Part shown: in pieces, positions 1-7,936 of the stretch
Layout of the letters: the number at the start of each line of letters is the position of its first letter
Position numbering within the stretch: the first letter of the stretch is position 1
NCBI GenBank assembly: GCA_964406575.1
Contig: CAYOSH010000003.1
Location: 64,447-128,446, forward strand
Direction of reading: 5' to 3'
DNA from: an uncultured Eubacteriales bacterium
GTDB lineage: Bacteria; Acidobacteriota; Aminicenantia; Aminicenantales; Aminicenantaceae
Length of the DNA: 64,000 bases
Notes under the pieces: model-generated
Told to the model about the DNA's origin: nothing
Seen by the model: only the letters and a program-made list of their open reading frames with translations
Databases searched by the model: none
Program-made: the position numbers and the translations under genes

Positions 1-1283
1 TTTACACTCCCTCCGCTCAAGCTCTGTACGTAGAGGCCGTCCTTTGTAGAAGAAAGTATATCTTCCGGCTTATCCGTTCCATTATCTATAAAAGTATTGG
101 TCATCCTGGGAATCGGAATGTGACGGAAACTCTCGCGTCGCCCGTTGCCTGTGCGGTCCTGTTTTATCTGTTTGGCGGAAAGGATATCGCTCATGTATTT
201 CTGGAGCACGCCTTCCTTGATCAGAACATTCCGCTTCATCTGAGTCCCTTCATCATCGAAACTGGTCGTCCCTCTCATGTTGGGCAGGCTCCCGTCATCG
301 ACCATGGTGAACACATCACTGGCGATCTTCTGACCGAGTTTTCCGGTAAACGCCCCAACCTGTTTAGCGATATTGTCCGCCTCCAGCGGATGTCCCACGG
401 CTTCGTGCACGAGAACTCCGCCCCATCCGTTCTGCATGACAATATCCATGATCCCCGCAGGCGCATCCTTCGCCTCGAGCATGGCAACGGATTCCCGTGC
501 GCAGGTCCGTGCGACCTCCTCCGGAGTCACTTCATCAAACATCTCAAAGCCTGAATGCCGGCTCAGCCTCTCCCGCCCCATGTGGCGTGTGTTATTCCCT
601 ACTCCCAGGGTCTGCACGATAAAGAAGAGCAAAGGAAGCGCATCACTCAGGAGGAGTCCCTCACTGTTGGCGATCGTCCGGCCTCTCACCTCATCGTAAT
701 AACTGATGGACGCCATCTTGATCTTGGGATCATAGTCGAGTGCTGCCTGGTTCGCCCTCTTCATCACTTCCAGACGTTTTTCATCGGCAACATCCCGGAG
801 CGGAATCTCGACTGTGACATAAGACTCTCTTTCTGCCCGATGGATATCAACTGGAGGAACGGATTTTGTGCCTCTTGCCACATAAGAGGCGACCTCAGCT
901 GCCCGCAACAGGTTTTGTTCGTTGATGTCGTCTGTGTAGGCAAATCCTGTCTTATCTCCGGAGATAACTCTCACGCCTGCACCCTGGCTTATGCCAAAGA
1001 CCGCACTCTTGAATTTTGACTCTTCCATAAGGATCTCACGGGAAATCCTGTTCTCCACATAGACATCGGCGAATTCTCCTCCATTTTCCAGGGCTTTGCG
1101 AATCGTCCGATTCAGTAGATCGGGGTCTGCAGAAACACTCCCCGCGGACTGCTCTGCACCCCTGCAGGATAAAAGCTGGCTCATCAGCGCAGGAGTTGCG
1201 GCTAGGGCAACTCCACCTTTCAAGGCTATCTGAAGAAACTTCCTCCGAGGAATGTCCTTCACAAAATATCTTTTTTGTGTCAT
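1..1283 (-). CDS. tldD: TldD/PmbA-family metallopeptidase, N-terminal ~427 codons (3' end runs off the window start); twin-arginine signal and possible lipobox
   Basis: Absent from the ORF track because it is open to the window edge. My translation from the ATG at 1283-1281 (GAGAGG 6 nt upstream) gives MTQKRYFVKDIPRRKFLQIALKGG..LLSCRG. Further in come the HEAVGHPLEAD zinc motif and GNGRRESFRHIPIPRMTNT, both typical of TldD. Confidence 0.85.
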   Translation of the reverse strand, partial: MTQKRYFVKDIPRRKFLQIALKGGVALAATPALMSQLLSCRGAEQSAGSVSADPDLLNRTIRKALENGGEFADVYVENRISREILMEESKFKSAVFGISQGAGVRVISGDKTGFAYTDDINEQNLLRAAEVASYVARGTKSVPPVDIHRAERESYVTVEIPLRDVADEKRLEVMKRANQAALDYDPKIKMASISYYDEVRGRTIANSEGLLLSDALPLLFFIVQTLGVGNNTRHMGRERLSRHSGFEMFDEVTPEEVARTCARESVAMLEAKDAPAGIMDIVMQNGWGGVLVHEAVGHPLEADNIAKQVGAFTGKLGQKIASDVFTMVDDGSLPNMRGTTSFDDEGTQMKRNVLIKEGVLQKYMSDILSAKQIKQDRTGNGRRESFRHIPIPRMTNTFIDNGTDKPEDILSSTKDGLYVQSLSGGSV

Positions 1284-1356
1284 GGTCGACCTCTCAAAAA
1301 AAATTTCTCTCATTATATTCCTTCGGAATCCTGAATGCAAAATGAGATTGTCTAAC

Positions 1357-1525
1357 GTAAGCATCCTTATTTCCATGATAAGGGCATTAGAGGCAAAAAA
1401 GAGCGAGTCACTGTCCTTATGAGTCGGATGGTGGCGGGTGGGGGGGTATTCGACGAATATGGACTGTGACGAACTCCTGCTATTATTATTTGACTTGAGA
1501 GCATCACGGAAATAAGGATGCTTCC
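1357..1525 (+). mobile_element. MITE-like repeat, family A copy 1 (169 bp)
   Basis: Termini are GTAAGCATCCTTATTTCCATGAT ... ATCACGGAAATAAGGATGCTTCC. A perfect 9-bp direct repeat TTGTCTAAC lies at 1348-1356 and 1526-1534. Near-identical to the copies at 28932, 43808 and 55437. Confidence 0.85.
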
Positions 1526-1560
1526 TTGTCTAACAGATTTGAATAAGCTCCCTTGTCTGC

Positions 1561-1690
1561 TTAAGAATCCTTTTTTCCGCGATTTAGTCGTGTTTCTTTG
1601 CCAGAATGAAGGAACCGGGAAAAAACGACAATCACGAATCAGTGTTTGGAGTGAAGAAAGAGCGAGTGAGATGTTCAGAGGGATGAACAA
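1561..1690. repeat. Possible degenerate relic of the same repeat superfamily
   Basis: TTAAGAATCCTTTTTTCCGCGAT at 1561-1583 matches 19/23 of the family left terminus. GTTCAGAGGGATGAACAA near 1673-1690 resembles the right end of copy B3. No flanking duplication. Confidence 0.3.
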
Positions 1691-1707
1691 AGCAAAGAGT
1701 GCAACGA

Positions 1708-3261
1708 TTATCGGTCTGAAAACTGACGAAAACGGATGTTCCTGTTTTTCAAAGAAACGCCCATGGCTTTCTCCAATGCGGCCTGGGAAATGACATAATC
1801 GGCAATCGCCCGCAATTCATCGCTTCGCGCAGTAGCTAAATCCCTTTGGTGTTGAAGAACGATGTAGTTGGTGGTCAGGCCGACCTTCAGTTTTTTGTCC
1901 TCTGCCTCCAGTTTTTTCTCGGCCAGCTCTCTGGCTAAACGGTAGGCAGCGATTCGTTTGAAGTTAGTCTCAACGAGACGCGCAGCGCTCCTGATCTCAA
2001 GAAAAGCCTGTTGCTCCGTTCTCTTCAATGACAGTTGAGCCTGTTCAAGATTCACTCGCGCTTGGGCATATTCGGCTCGAGAAAATAGCGAACTGGTCGG
2101 TACCGTGAGTGTTAAACCGACGTACCAGTTGTTGTATTTGAATCCAAAGGCATCTTTCAAAGCTTCCGAGGCATTGCCTGGAGCAGTACCGATAATGATT
2201 TCCGAAAGGGGATTATCATCTTCATAATAAATTCGTGTTCCTGAAATTGCAGGACTCCAGTAAGCGGCATTTAATGACAGGTCAGGAAGTAATTGATTCT
2301 TGGCATAATTGACTTCGACATTCTTGTTCTTGAGGTCCCATTTCAACTCTTGAAGGTCCGGTCGATTTTCCATTCCGATCCGTAGGGCCTCATCCACGGT
2401 GATCTTGTATTCTTCATAGGTGGGTCTATCTGTGGGGATGATTTTCCCTGAAATATCCTGTCGTTCTTCTTGAAGGTTGATGAGCGTTCTTAATTGGTCT
2501 TCATAGTTCTGGATCTGCACTTCGGCCTGGAGGATATCCGCCTCACGGGTGGCCACCTCAGCCTGGGCGGTGAGAATTTCAATAGGAGCGAGTGTTCCCA
2601 CCTCCACCTCTCTCTTGTTCTTTGCCAATAAATCCTGGGCCAATTGCAATGACTGCTTCATAACATTAAGATAGGCGATGGTATACGCCAAATATAAGTA
2701 AGATTGCTCGACATTGTAGACGGTGTCCATGAGAACGCTTTGGAACTTGGCATCAGAAATCTCCAGATTGTTGTTGGCGACAATGATCTCTTTCCTGCTG
2801 GTGTTGAATCCGAAATTTTTGAGGAGAGGCTGGGTGAAATTGAAAGTCAATCGGCTACCATAACGGGGATTGATATACTGAAATTTGGCATTGGTATCGC
2901 TTTTGTAGGAATAGAGATTGATGTTGAAACTCCCTCCTGTCGGGATTTCCTGAACAAGCTGTGCTTGATAGTCCAGGAATGAGGCTGTGACGGAATCCGT
3001 TCCCTCCAGCCAGGAAATTGCAGGAGTATCCGTGTTCTGATTACCGAAGCCAAAAGAGAGTTGGGGCAGAAATTTTTCCTTGGCCCTGGAAACAGAAAGG
3101 TCTGAGATTTGGGGATTTAGGACTTCCACAGCCACATTCAGGTTGTTCCTCAACGCTATTTCTATACATTCAGACAAGGATAGGGGGATTTCTTTGTCCT
3201 GCCCCATCAGCCCGCATGTCAAAAATATTATGGTCAGAAGGCATACCGTCTTATTTTTCAT
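1708..3261 (-). CDS. TolC-family outer-membrane efflux protein
   Basis: 517-aa ORF with an N-terminal signal (MKNKTVCLLTIIFLTCG). The two-repeat coiled-coil/beta architecture and sequence style are typical of OEP/TolC. It is the last gene of the HlyD-ABC-ABC-TolC string. Confidence 0.85.
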   Translation of the reverse strand: MKNKTVCLLTIIFLTCGLMGQDKEIPLSLSECIEIALRNNLNVAVEVLNPQISDLSVSRAKEKFLPQLSFGFGNQNTDTPAISWLEGTDSVTASFLDYQAQLVQEIPTGGSFNINLYSYKSDTNAKFQYINPRYGSRLTFNFTQPLLKNFGFNTSRKEIIVANNNLEISDAKFQSVLMDTVYNVEQSYLYLAYTIAYLNVMKQSLQLAQDLLAKNKREVEVGTLAPIEILTAQAEVATREADILQAEVQIQNYEDQLRTLINLQEERQDISGKIIPTDRPTYEEYKITVDEALRIGMENRPDLQELKWDLKNKNVEVNYAKNQLLPDLSLNAAYWSPAISGTRIYYEDDNPLSEIIIGTAPGNASEALKDAFGFKYNNWYVGLTLTVPTSSLFSRAEYAQARVNLEQAQLSLKRTEQQAFLEIRSAARLVETNFKRIAAYRLARELAEKKLEAEDKKLKVGLTTNYIVLQHQRDLATARSDELRAIADYVISQAALEKAMGVSLKNRNIRFRQFSDR

Positions 3262-3333
3262 CGTTCGCTCTCCTTTGCTGGGATAAACGGTCTCACGCTC
3301 AGTCGCCGCCTTGAGGAAAAAAATTAGGCTGTA

Positions 3334-3996
3334 TTATTTCTGTACCCATCCATCCAAAAGACGGATGATCCTCTGCCCGTAGGATGCATTGAGCTCCGAA
3401 TGGGTCACCTGGATGATCGTTGTGCCGTTATTGTTCAATTCTTTGAACATCTCCATAATGTCCTTTCCCTCTGCGCTGTTCAGGTTCCCTGTCGGTTCAT
3501 CTGCCAGAATGAGTTTTGGATGTGTGATGATGGCTCTAGCTACAGCCACTCTTTGCTGCTGACCTCCAGATAATTGATTGGGGAAAAGGTCTTTTTTGGC
3601 AACGATCCCAAACTTATCGAGAGCGTCGCAAACCAATCCTTTTCTCTCTGAACCCTTGACTTTTTTGTACAGAAGCGGTGTTTCAAGGTTTTCATAAACA
3701 GTCAGTTCGTCTATCAAGTGGTAGGCCTGGAACACAAAACCTATGTGGTTCTTGTGAATATCCGACCTCTGTCTCTCGCTCAGCTTATGAACCGGTCTGT
3801 CATAGAAAGAATATTCTCCGCTCGACGGGGTATCCAACAACCCCAGGATATGGAGCAGAGTGGACTTTCCCGCTCCAGATGGCCCCATGATCGTCAGAAA
3901 TTCCCCTTCGTCCACATCAAGATCGATATTCCTGAGAACATATGTTTTGACAAAACCCGTTGAATAAAATTTGGTGATATCCCTTAATTTGATCAT
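3334..3996 (-). CDS. ABC transporter ATP-binding protein (MacB/LolD-type ATPase, no fused permease)
   Basis: Walker A GPSGAGKST, signature LSGGQQQRVAVARA, Walker B LILADEPTGNL. Start moved to MIKLRDITKFY, which parallels the paralog's start MIKTKNLTKIY. Confidence 0.9.
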   Translation of the reverse strand: MIKLRDITKFYSTGFVKTYVLRNIDLDVDEGEFLTIMGPSGAGKSTLLHILGLLDTPSSGEYSFYDRPVHKLSERQRSDIHKNHIGFVFQAYHLIDELTVYENLETPLLYKKVKGSERKGLVCDALDKFGIVAKKDLFPNQLSGGQQQRVAVARAIITHPKLILADEPTGNLNSAEGKDIMEMFKELNNNGTTIIQVTHSELNASYGQRIIRLLDGWVQK

Positions 3997-4114
3997 ACGT
4001 GTCTCCCTCCTGAGCAAAGCGCACAACCCTCATCCATCAAAAAATTCAGCCCTAGACAACGAAATAGGGGAAATTTTTCAGCATGAGACTCCGCGATTTG
4101 TTTCCTGCAAACAG

Positions 4115-4804
4115 CTAGATCTTGAACTCTCTCTGGATATTCTCGGAAACGACGTGGCCATCAAATAGGTGAATGATGCGATGGCTATACTCTGCATATG
4201 CGGGTGAGTGGGTGACCATAACGATCGTCGTTCCCTGCTCATGCAGTTCACCCATCATCTTCATTACTTCTTCGCCATGGGCCGAATCCAGGTTTCCCGT
4301 GGGTTCATCTGCAAGGATAAGCTTTGGATGAGCCACAACTGCACGCGCGACAGCCACGCGCTGTTGCTGACCTCCTGAGAGTTGCTGGGGAAAATGATTT
4401 TTCCGTGCCATAATCTCCATCTGCTCAAGGGCTTCTGAGACTCTCTTTTTTCTTTCCGCAGAAGAGTACCCAAGATACAGAAGGGGAAGCTCTACGTTCT
4501 CATAAACAGTCAGCTCATCGATGAGATTAAAGCTCTGGAACACGAAACCGATGTTGTTTTTTCTAAGGTTGGCTCTTTGCCTCTCTGAATACCCGGAGAC
4601 TTCCTCGTCAAAGAACAAGTAATCGCCACTGCTGGGCTGGTCAATCATACCGAGAACGTTCAGCAAGGTCGATTTACCGCAACCTGAAGGTCCCATGATG
4701 GCGACATACTCCCCCTCTTTAACTTCCAGATTGATGTTGTTCAGAGCCGTGGTTTCAACTTCTTCCGTGGTGTAGATCTTGGTGAGATTTTTTGTTTTTA
4801 TCAT
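4115..4804 (-). CDS. ABC transporter ATP-binding protein (paralog of 3334-3996)
   Basis: GPSGCGKST, LSGGQQQRVAVARA, LILADEPTGNL. More than half of positions match the downstream ATPase by eye. Confidence 0.9.
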   Translation of the reverse strand: MIKTKNLTKIYTTEEVETTALNNINLEVKEGEYVAIMGPSGCGKSTLLNVLGMIDQPSSGDYLFFDEEVSGYSERQRANLRKNNIGFVFQSFNLIDELTVYENVELPLLYLGYSSAERKKRVSEALEQMEIMARKNHFPQQLSGGQQQRVAVARAVVAHPKLILADEPTGNLDSAHGEEVMKMMGELHEQGTTIVMVTHSPAYAEYSHRIIHLFDGHVVSENIQREFKI

Positions 4805-4896
4805 TCTTTCCTCCTAATAGAAGCGGCCAGTGTGATCATTGGCCTTCGACTGAAACATGATATATTCAAATATGTATAAATCGTACACGTCATTTC

Positions 4897-6156
4897 CTAC
4901 TTCAAGACCAGTCTTTCGTGATTGCCAAAGCTTTCGTACGAAGATGTAATCACTTTTTCACCCGGTTGAAGACCTTCGAGGACTTCGTGGACATAAGCAT
5001 TGGACATTCCCAGCCTGATGGGCCTTTTTGTCGCAATTTTTCCGGAATGATCCAAGACATAAACCCAGTTACCTCCCGTGGTTTGAAAAAATCCACCCTT
5101 TGCCAGCAGGATGGCATCCTCTGAGATATCTCCCATTTCCAGACGAATATGCAAAGACATACCCCGTCTTATCCCCTGAGGCTCTTCACCCGGAAAAAGC
5201 ATGTCGATCTCGAATCTCCCATCGACGACCTCAAGATAGACCCTATCGACAATAAGATTGTAGGTGTTTCCAGCAAAATCAAAGGTTCCCCCTCTTCCTT
5301 TTTCAACACGTGCGATGTAGTGTTCGTCCACGGGGACTCTGACCTTGAAGGCATCCATGACATCGATCTGTCCGACGCGCTCTCCAGGAGTCTTCGACTG
5401 GCCGATCTCTGCATTCAGAGCCGTGAGATAGCCAGAGATAGGCGCTCTAATCGTCAGATTGTCTTGTTTCTGTTTCACGACTTCCAGATTGTCCTGCATG
5501 CGCGTGAGAGCGGATTCCAAAGCTTCGACCTGCAATTGTCTGAACTCGAGTTCGTTTTTTTGACTCTCCATAGTCAGTTCTCGACGTTTCACCAAATATT
5601 CGTATTGGTCTTTGGCCAGTTCAAACTCATGCTGTGAGATCAGATTGTCCTTCATCAACTCTTGGTATCTTTCGTAGGTGCGTTTCTGTTGCTGGAGTTG
5701 ATTATCGATATTTGCCACTTCTTGGCTAAGCGTCAGGCGGTATTGTTCCATTTGGAGGCGCGTATTCCGGAGGTTATTGCTCTGCTGGAACAATTCCGCT
5801 TCGCGCCACATGATATCTAAGAGGAGGTTCGTATTGCCCAATCTCAGAATTTTATCTCCTTCTTTCACCACAGAGCCCGCTTCAATAAAGATTTCCTCCA
5901 CCCGTCCGCCTTCCATTGCGTCGAGATGATAGGTATCGATAGGCATAACTTCACCGATAACAGGGATAAATTCCTGGAAAGGTCCTTTCGTAACCTCAGA
6001 GATCGTGATCCGCTCTTTTCTAACGTTTAAAGACGACTTGCTGAACTGAAAAACAAAGACATAAATAACAAATAAAACAAATAGCGCAATAGCTGCATAG
6101 GCTGCAATTCTTTTTGGGGGCCATTTCTTCTTTTTGATCTCACGATCCATTCCCAT
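4897..6156 (-). CDS. HlyD-family periplasmic adaptor (membrane fusion protein)
   Basis: N-terminal single TM (IAAYAAIALFVLFVIYVFVF), a long coiled-coil middle, and C-terminal beta-barrel-type sequence. First gene of the efflux string. Confidence 0.85.
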   Translation of the reverse strand: MGMDREIKKKKWPPKRIAAYAAIALFVLFVIYVFVFQFSKSSLNVRKERITISEVTKGPFQEFIPVIGEVMPIDTYHLDAMEGGRVEEIFIEAGSVVKEGDKILRLGNTNLLLDIMWREAELFQQSNNLRNTRLQMEQYRLTLSQEVANIDNQLQQQKRTYERYQELMKDNLISQHEFELAKDQYEYLVKRRELTMESQKNELEFRQLQVEALESALTRMQDNLEVVKQKQDNLTIRAPISGYLTALNAEIGQSKTPGERVGQIDVMDAFKVRVPVDEHYIARVEKGRGGTFDFAGNTYNLIVDRVYLEVVDGRFEIDMLFPGEEPQGIRRGMSLHIRLEMGDISEDAILLAKGGFFQTTGGNWVYVLDHSGKIATKRPIRLGMSNAYVHEVLEGLQPGEKVITSSYESFGNHERLVLK

Positions 6157-6255
6157 TTTCTTTCTCCCAACTCTGAACTCGCTCCGTCTCCGGAATTTTT
6201 AAGCGTATTTTGTACACGTTTTCTTCTGATCAAAACTGTTCACAGGATCATCTTT

Positions 6256-6272
6256 TTGCAATTATTATGCCA
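6256..6272 (-). promoter_or_regulatory. Sigma-54 (-24/-12) promoter candidate for the HlyD-ABC-ABC-TolC operon
   Basis: The minus strand reads TGGCATAATAATTGCAA, i.e. TGGCAT-N5-TTGCA with the canonical GG/GC spacing. It lies ~100 nt upstream of the HlyD start. A sigma-54-dependent activator is encoded divergently. Confidence 0.6.
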
Positions 6273-6348
6273 CATTGTTCTGACGGAGTATACACTCCAA
6301 AGGTTGGCGGGAATTGCAAAAAAAAGTGTACGCTGGTATAACAAAGCA

Positions 6349-6366
6349 TGTCCGAAATCGAACACT
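6349..6366 (+). promoter_or_regulatory. Candidate enhancer-binding-protein site (TGTCCG-N5-GAACACT)
   Basis: TGTCCGAAATCGAACACT. The same half-sites recur on the opposite strand at 6454-6472. It lies between the two sigma-54 promoters. Confidence 0.35.
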
Positions 6367-6453
6367 TCCCTCCAGAATAAAGAAAGAATATTACAGAAGA
6401 ATGTGGCGCAAAAATTAGAAAATGTTTACTATAGACTCGCAAAAATGGCAAAA

Positions 6454-6472
6454 AGTGTTCCAAAAGCGGACA
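6454..6472 (-). promoter_or_regulatory. Candidate enhancer-binding-protein site (TGTCCG-N6-GAACACT on the minus strand)
   Basis: The plus strand reads AGTGTTCCAAAAGCGGACA, which is the reverse complement of TGTCCGCTTTTGGAACACT. It pairs with the site at 6349-6366. Confidence 0.3.
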
Positions 6473-6474
6473 CA

Positions 6475-6490
6475 TGGCATGGATATTGCA
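6475..6490 (+). promoter_or_regulatory. Sigma-54 (-24/-12) promoter candidate for the response-regulator/kinase operon
   Basis: TGGCATGGATATTGCA, i.e. TGGCAT-N5-TTGCA, ~65 nt upstream of the regulator's ATG. Confidence 0.55.
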
Positions 6491-6553
6491 GCACAAGGAC
6501 AAGACACAAAAAATATTTTGTCATAAATAAGATGCCAATATAATTTAAGGATT

Positions 6554-7936
6554 ATGCCAATGAAAAAAAAGACAGGAAAAATACTTATCATTGATGATGA
6601 CGAAGACATCCTTCAGGCTGCCCGATTGTTCCTCAAACAACATGCAGCTCTTGTACACACGGAGAAATCTCCCACCTCCATTCCTGTACTTTTAAAGAAT
6701 GAAACATACGATGTCATATTCCTGGATATGAACTTTGCAAAGGGAGCCACGAGCGGTCAAGAAGGCTTCTTCTGGCTGGATAAAATCTTGGAAATGGACC
6801 CCTCAGCAGTTGTCGTTCTGATCACAGCTTTTGGCGATGTGGGAATGGCTGTCCGCGCCATAAAGGAAGGAGCGACTGATTTTGTCCTCAAACCTTGGCA
6901 GAATGAACAGTTCCTGGCCACATTCACTGCAACCATGAGCCTCCGCCAATCTCGAGTTGAGGCCAATAATCTGCGGACTCGCCAAAAGCAGTTGATCGCG
7001 GATCTCGATCAGCCCTTCCATGACTTCATCGGAAAAAGCAAAGCGATACAGGATGTCTTTGCGAACATCAATAAAGTCGCCAAAACCGACGCCAATGTCC
7101 TGATCCTGGGGGAGAACGGGACAGGAAAGGAGCTGGTCGCCCGCGCTCTGCACCGACAATCCTCCAGAGCAGAAGAGGTCTTTATCTCCGTCGACATGGG
7201 CGCCCTGAGTGAAACTCTTTTCGAGAGCGAGCTGTTCGGACACGTAAAGGGCGCTTTTACAGACGCCAAAGAAAACAGGGCCGGCCGGTTCGAAGTAGCC
7301 TCGGATGGGACGCTTTTTCTCGATGAAATCGGCAATCTCCCTCTGACGCTCCAGGCCAAACTTCTCGGTGTCATTGAAACGCGAACCGTAACACGGCTGG
7401 GTTCGAACAAAGCCATTCCCGTGGATGTCAGGCTCATCTGTGCAACAAATTTACCCATTCATGAGATGGTATCCAGCAACGAATTCCGACAGGACCTCCT
7501 CTACAGAATCAATACAGTCGAAATTCAGATCCCTCCCCTGCGTGACAGATCGAAAGATATCTCTTTGCTCGTTGACCATTTTCTAAAGGTCTACTCCAAA
7601 AAATATCATAAAACCCAGAAGAGGATTAATACCGGCACATTGAAGAAACTGGAAAAATACCACTGGCCCGGAAATGTCCGCGAGCTCCAACACGCCATCG
7701 AAAGAGCTGTGATCATGAGTGAAACAGCAATGCTCCAGCCAACAGATTTCTTCTTTTCTTCCCAGGAATCGAAAGAAGAAGGCCTCGTATTCGATACGTA
7801 CAATCTTGAGGAAGTGGAAAAGGCAACGATCCGAAGAGTTCTCAGCCGCTATGGCGGAAACATCAGTCAGGCATCCAAGGAACTGGGCCTGTCGCGGACA
7901 TCGCTCTATCGCAGGTTGGAAAAGTATGGTTTATAA
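6554..7936 (+). CDS. Sigma-54-dependent two-component response regulator (NtrC family: REC + AAA+ + Fis-type HTH)
   Basis: REC domain (ILIIDDDEDIL..DMNF), Walker A GENGTGKE, GAFTDA loop, ESELFGH, C-terminal HTH (SQASKELGLSRTSLYRRLEKYGL). Confidence 0.9.
   Translation: MPMKKKTGKILIIDDDEDILQAARLFLKQHAALVHTEKSPTSIPVLLKNETYDVIFLDMNFAKGATSGQEGFFWLDKILEMDPSAVVVLITAFGDVGMAVRAIKEGATDFVLKPWQNEQFLATFTATMSLRQSRVEANNLRTRQKQLIADLDQPFHDFIGKSKAIQDVFANINKVAKTDANVLILGENGTGKELVARALHRQSSRAEEVFISVDMGALSETLFESELFGHVKGAFTDAKENRAGRFEVASDGTLFLDEIGNLPLTLQAKLLGVIETRTVTRLGSNKAIPVDVRLICATNLPIHEMVSSNEFRQDLLYRINTVEIQIPPLRDRSKDISLLVDHFLKVYSKKYHKTQKRINTGTLKKLEKYHWPGNVRELQHAIERAVIMSETAMLQPTDFFFSSQESKEEGLVFDTYNLEEVEKATIRRVLSRYGGNISQASKELGLSRTSLYRRLEKYGL

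Noticed and set aside
1367-1690. Small ORFs through the family A repeats (1367-1690 minus, 43868-44053 minus, 55335-55544 plus) share the peptide ..VMLSSQ(I/M)II.. and could suggest a repeated micro-gene.
   Set aside because: Indels between copies shift the frame (..NTPPPATIRLIRTV.. versus ..NTPHPPSSDS*). There is no start or RBS conservation. The units have inverted-repeat termini and 9-bp duplications. Non-coding mobile DNA explains them better.
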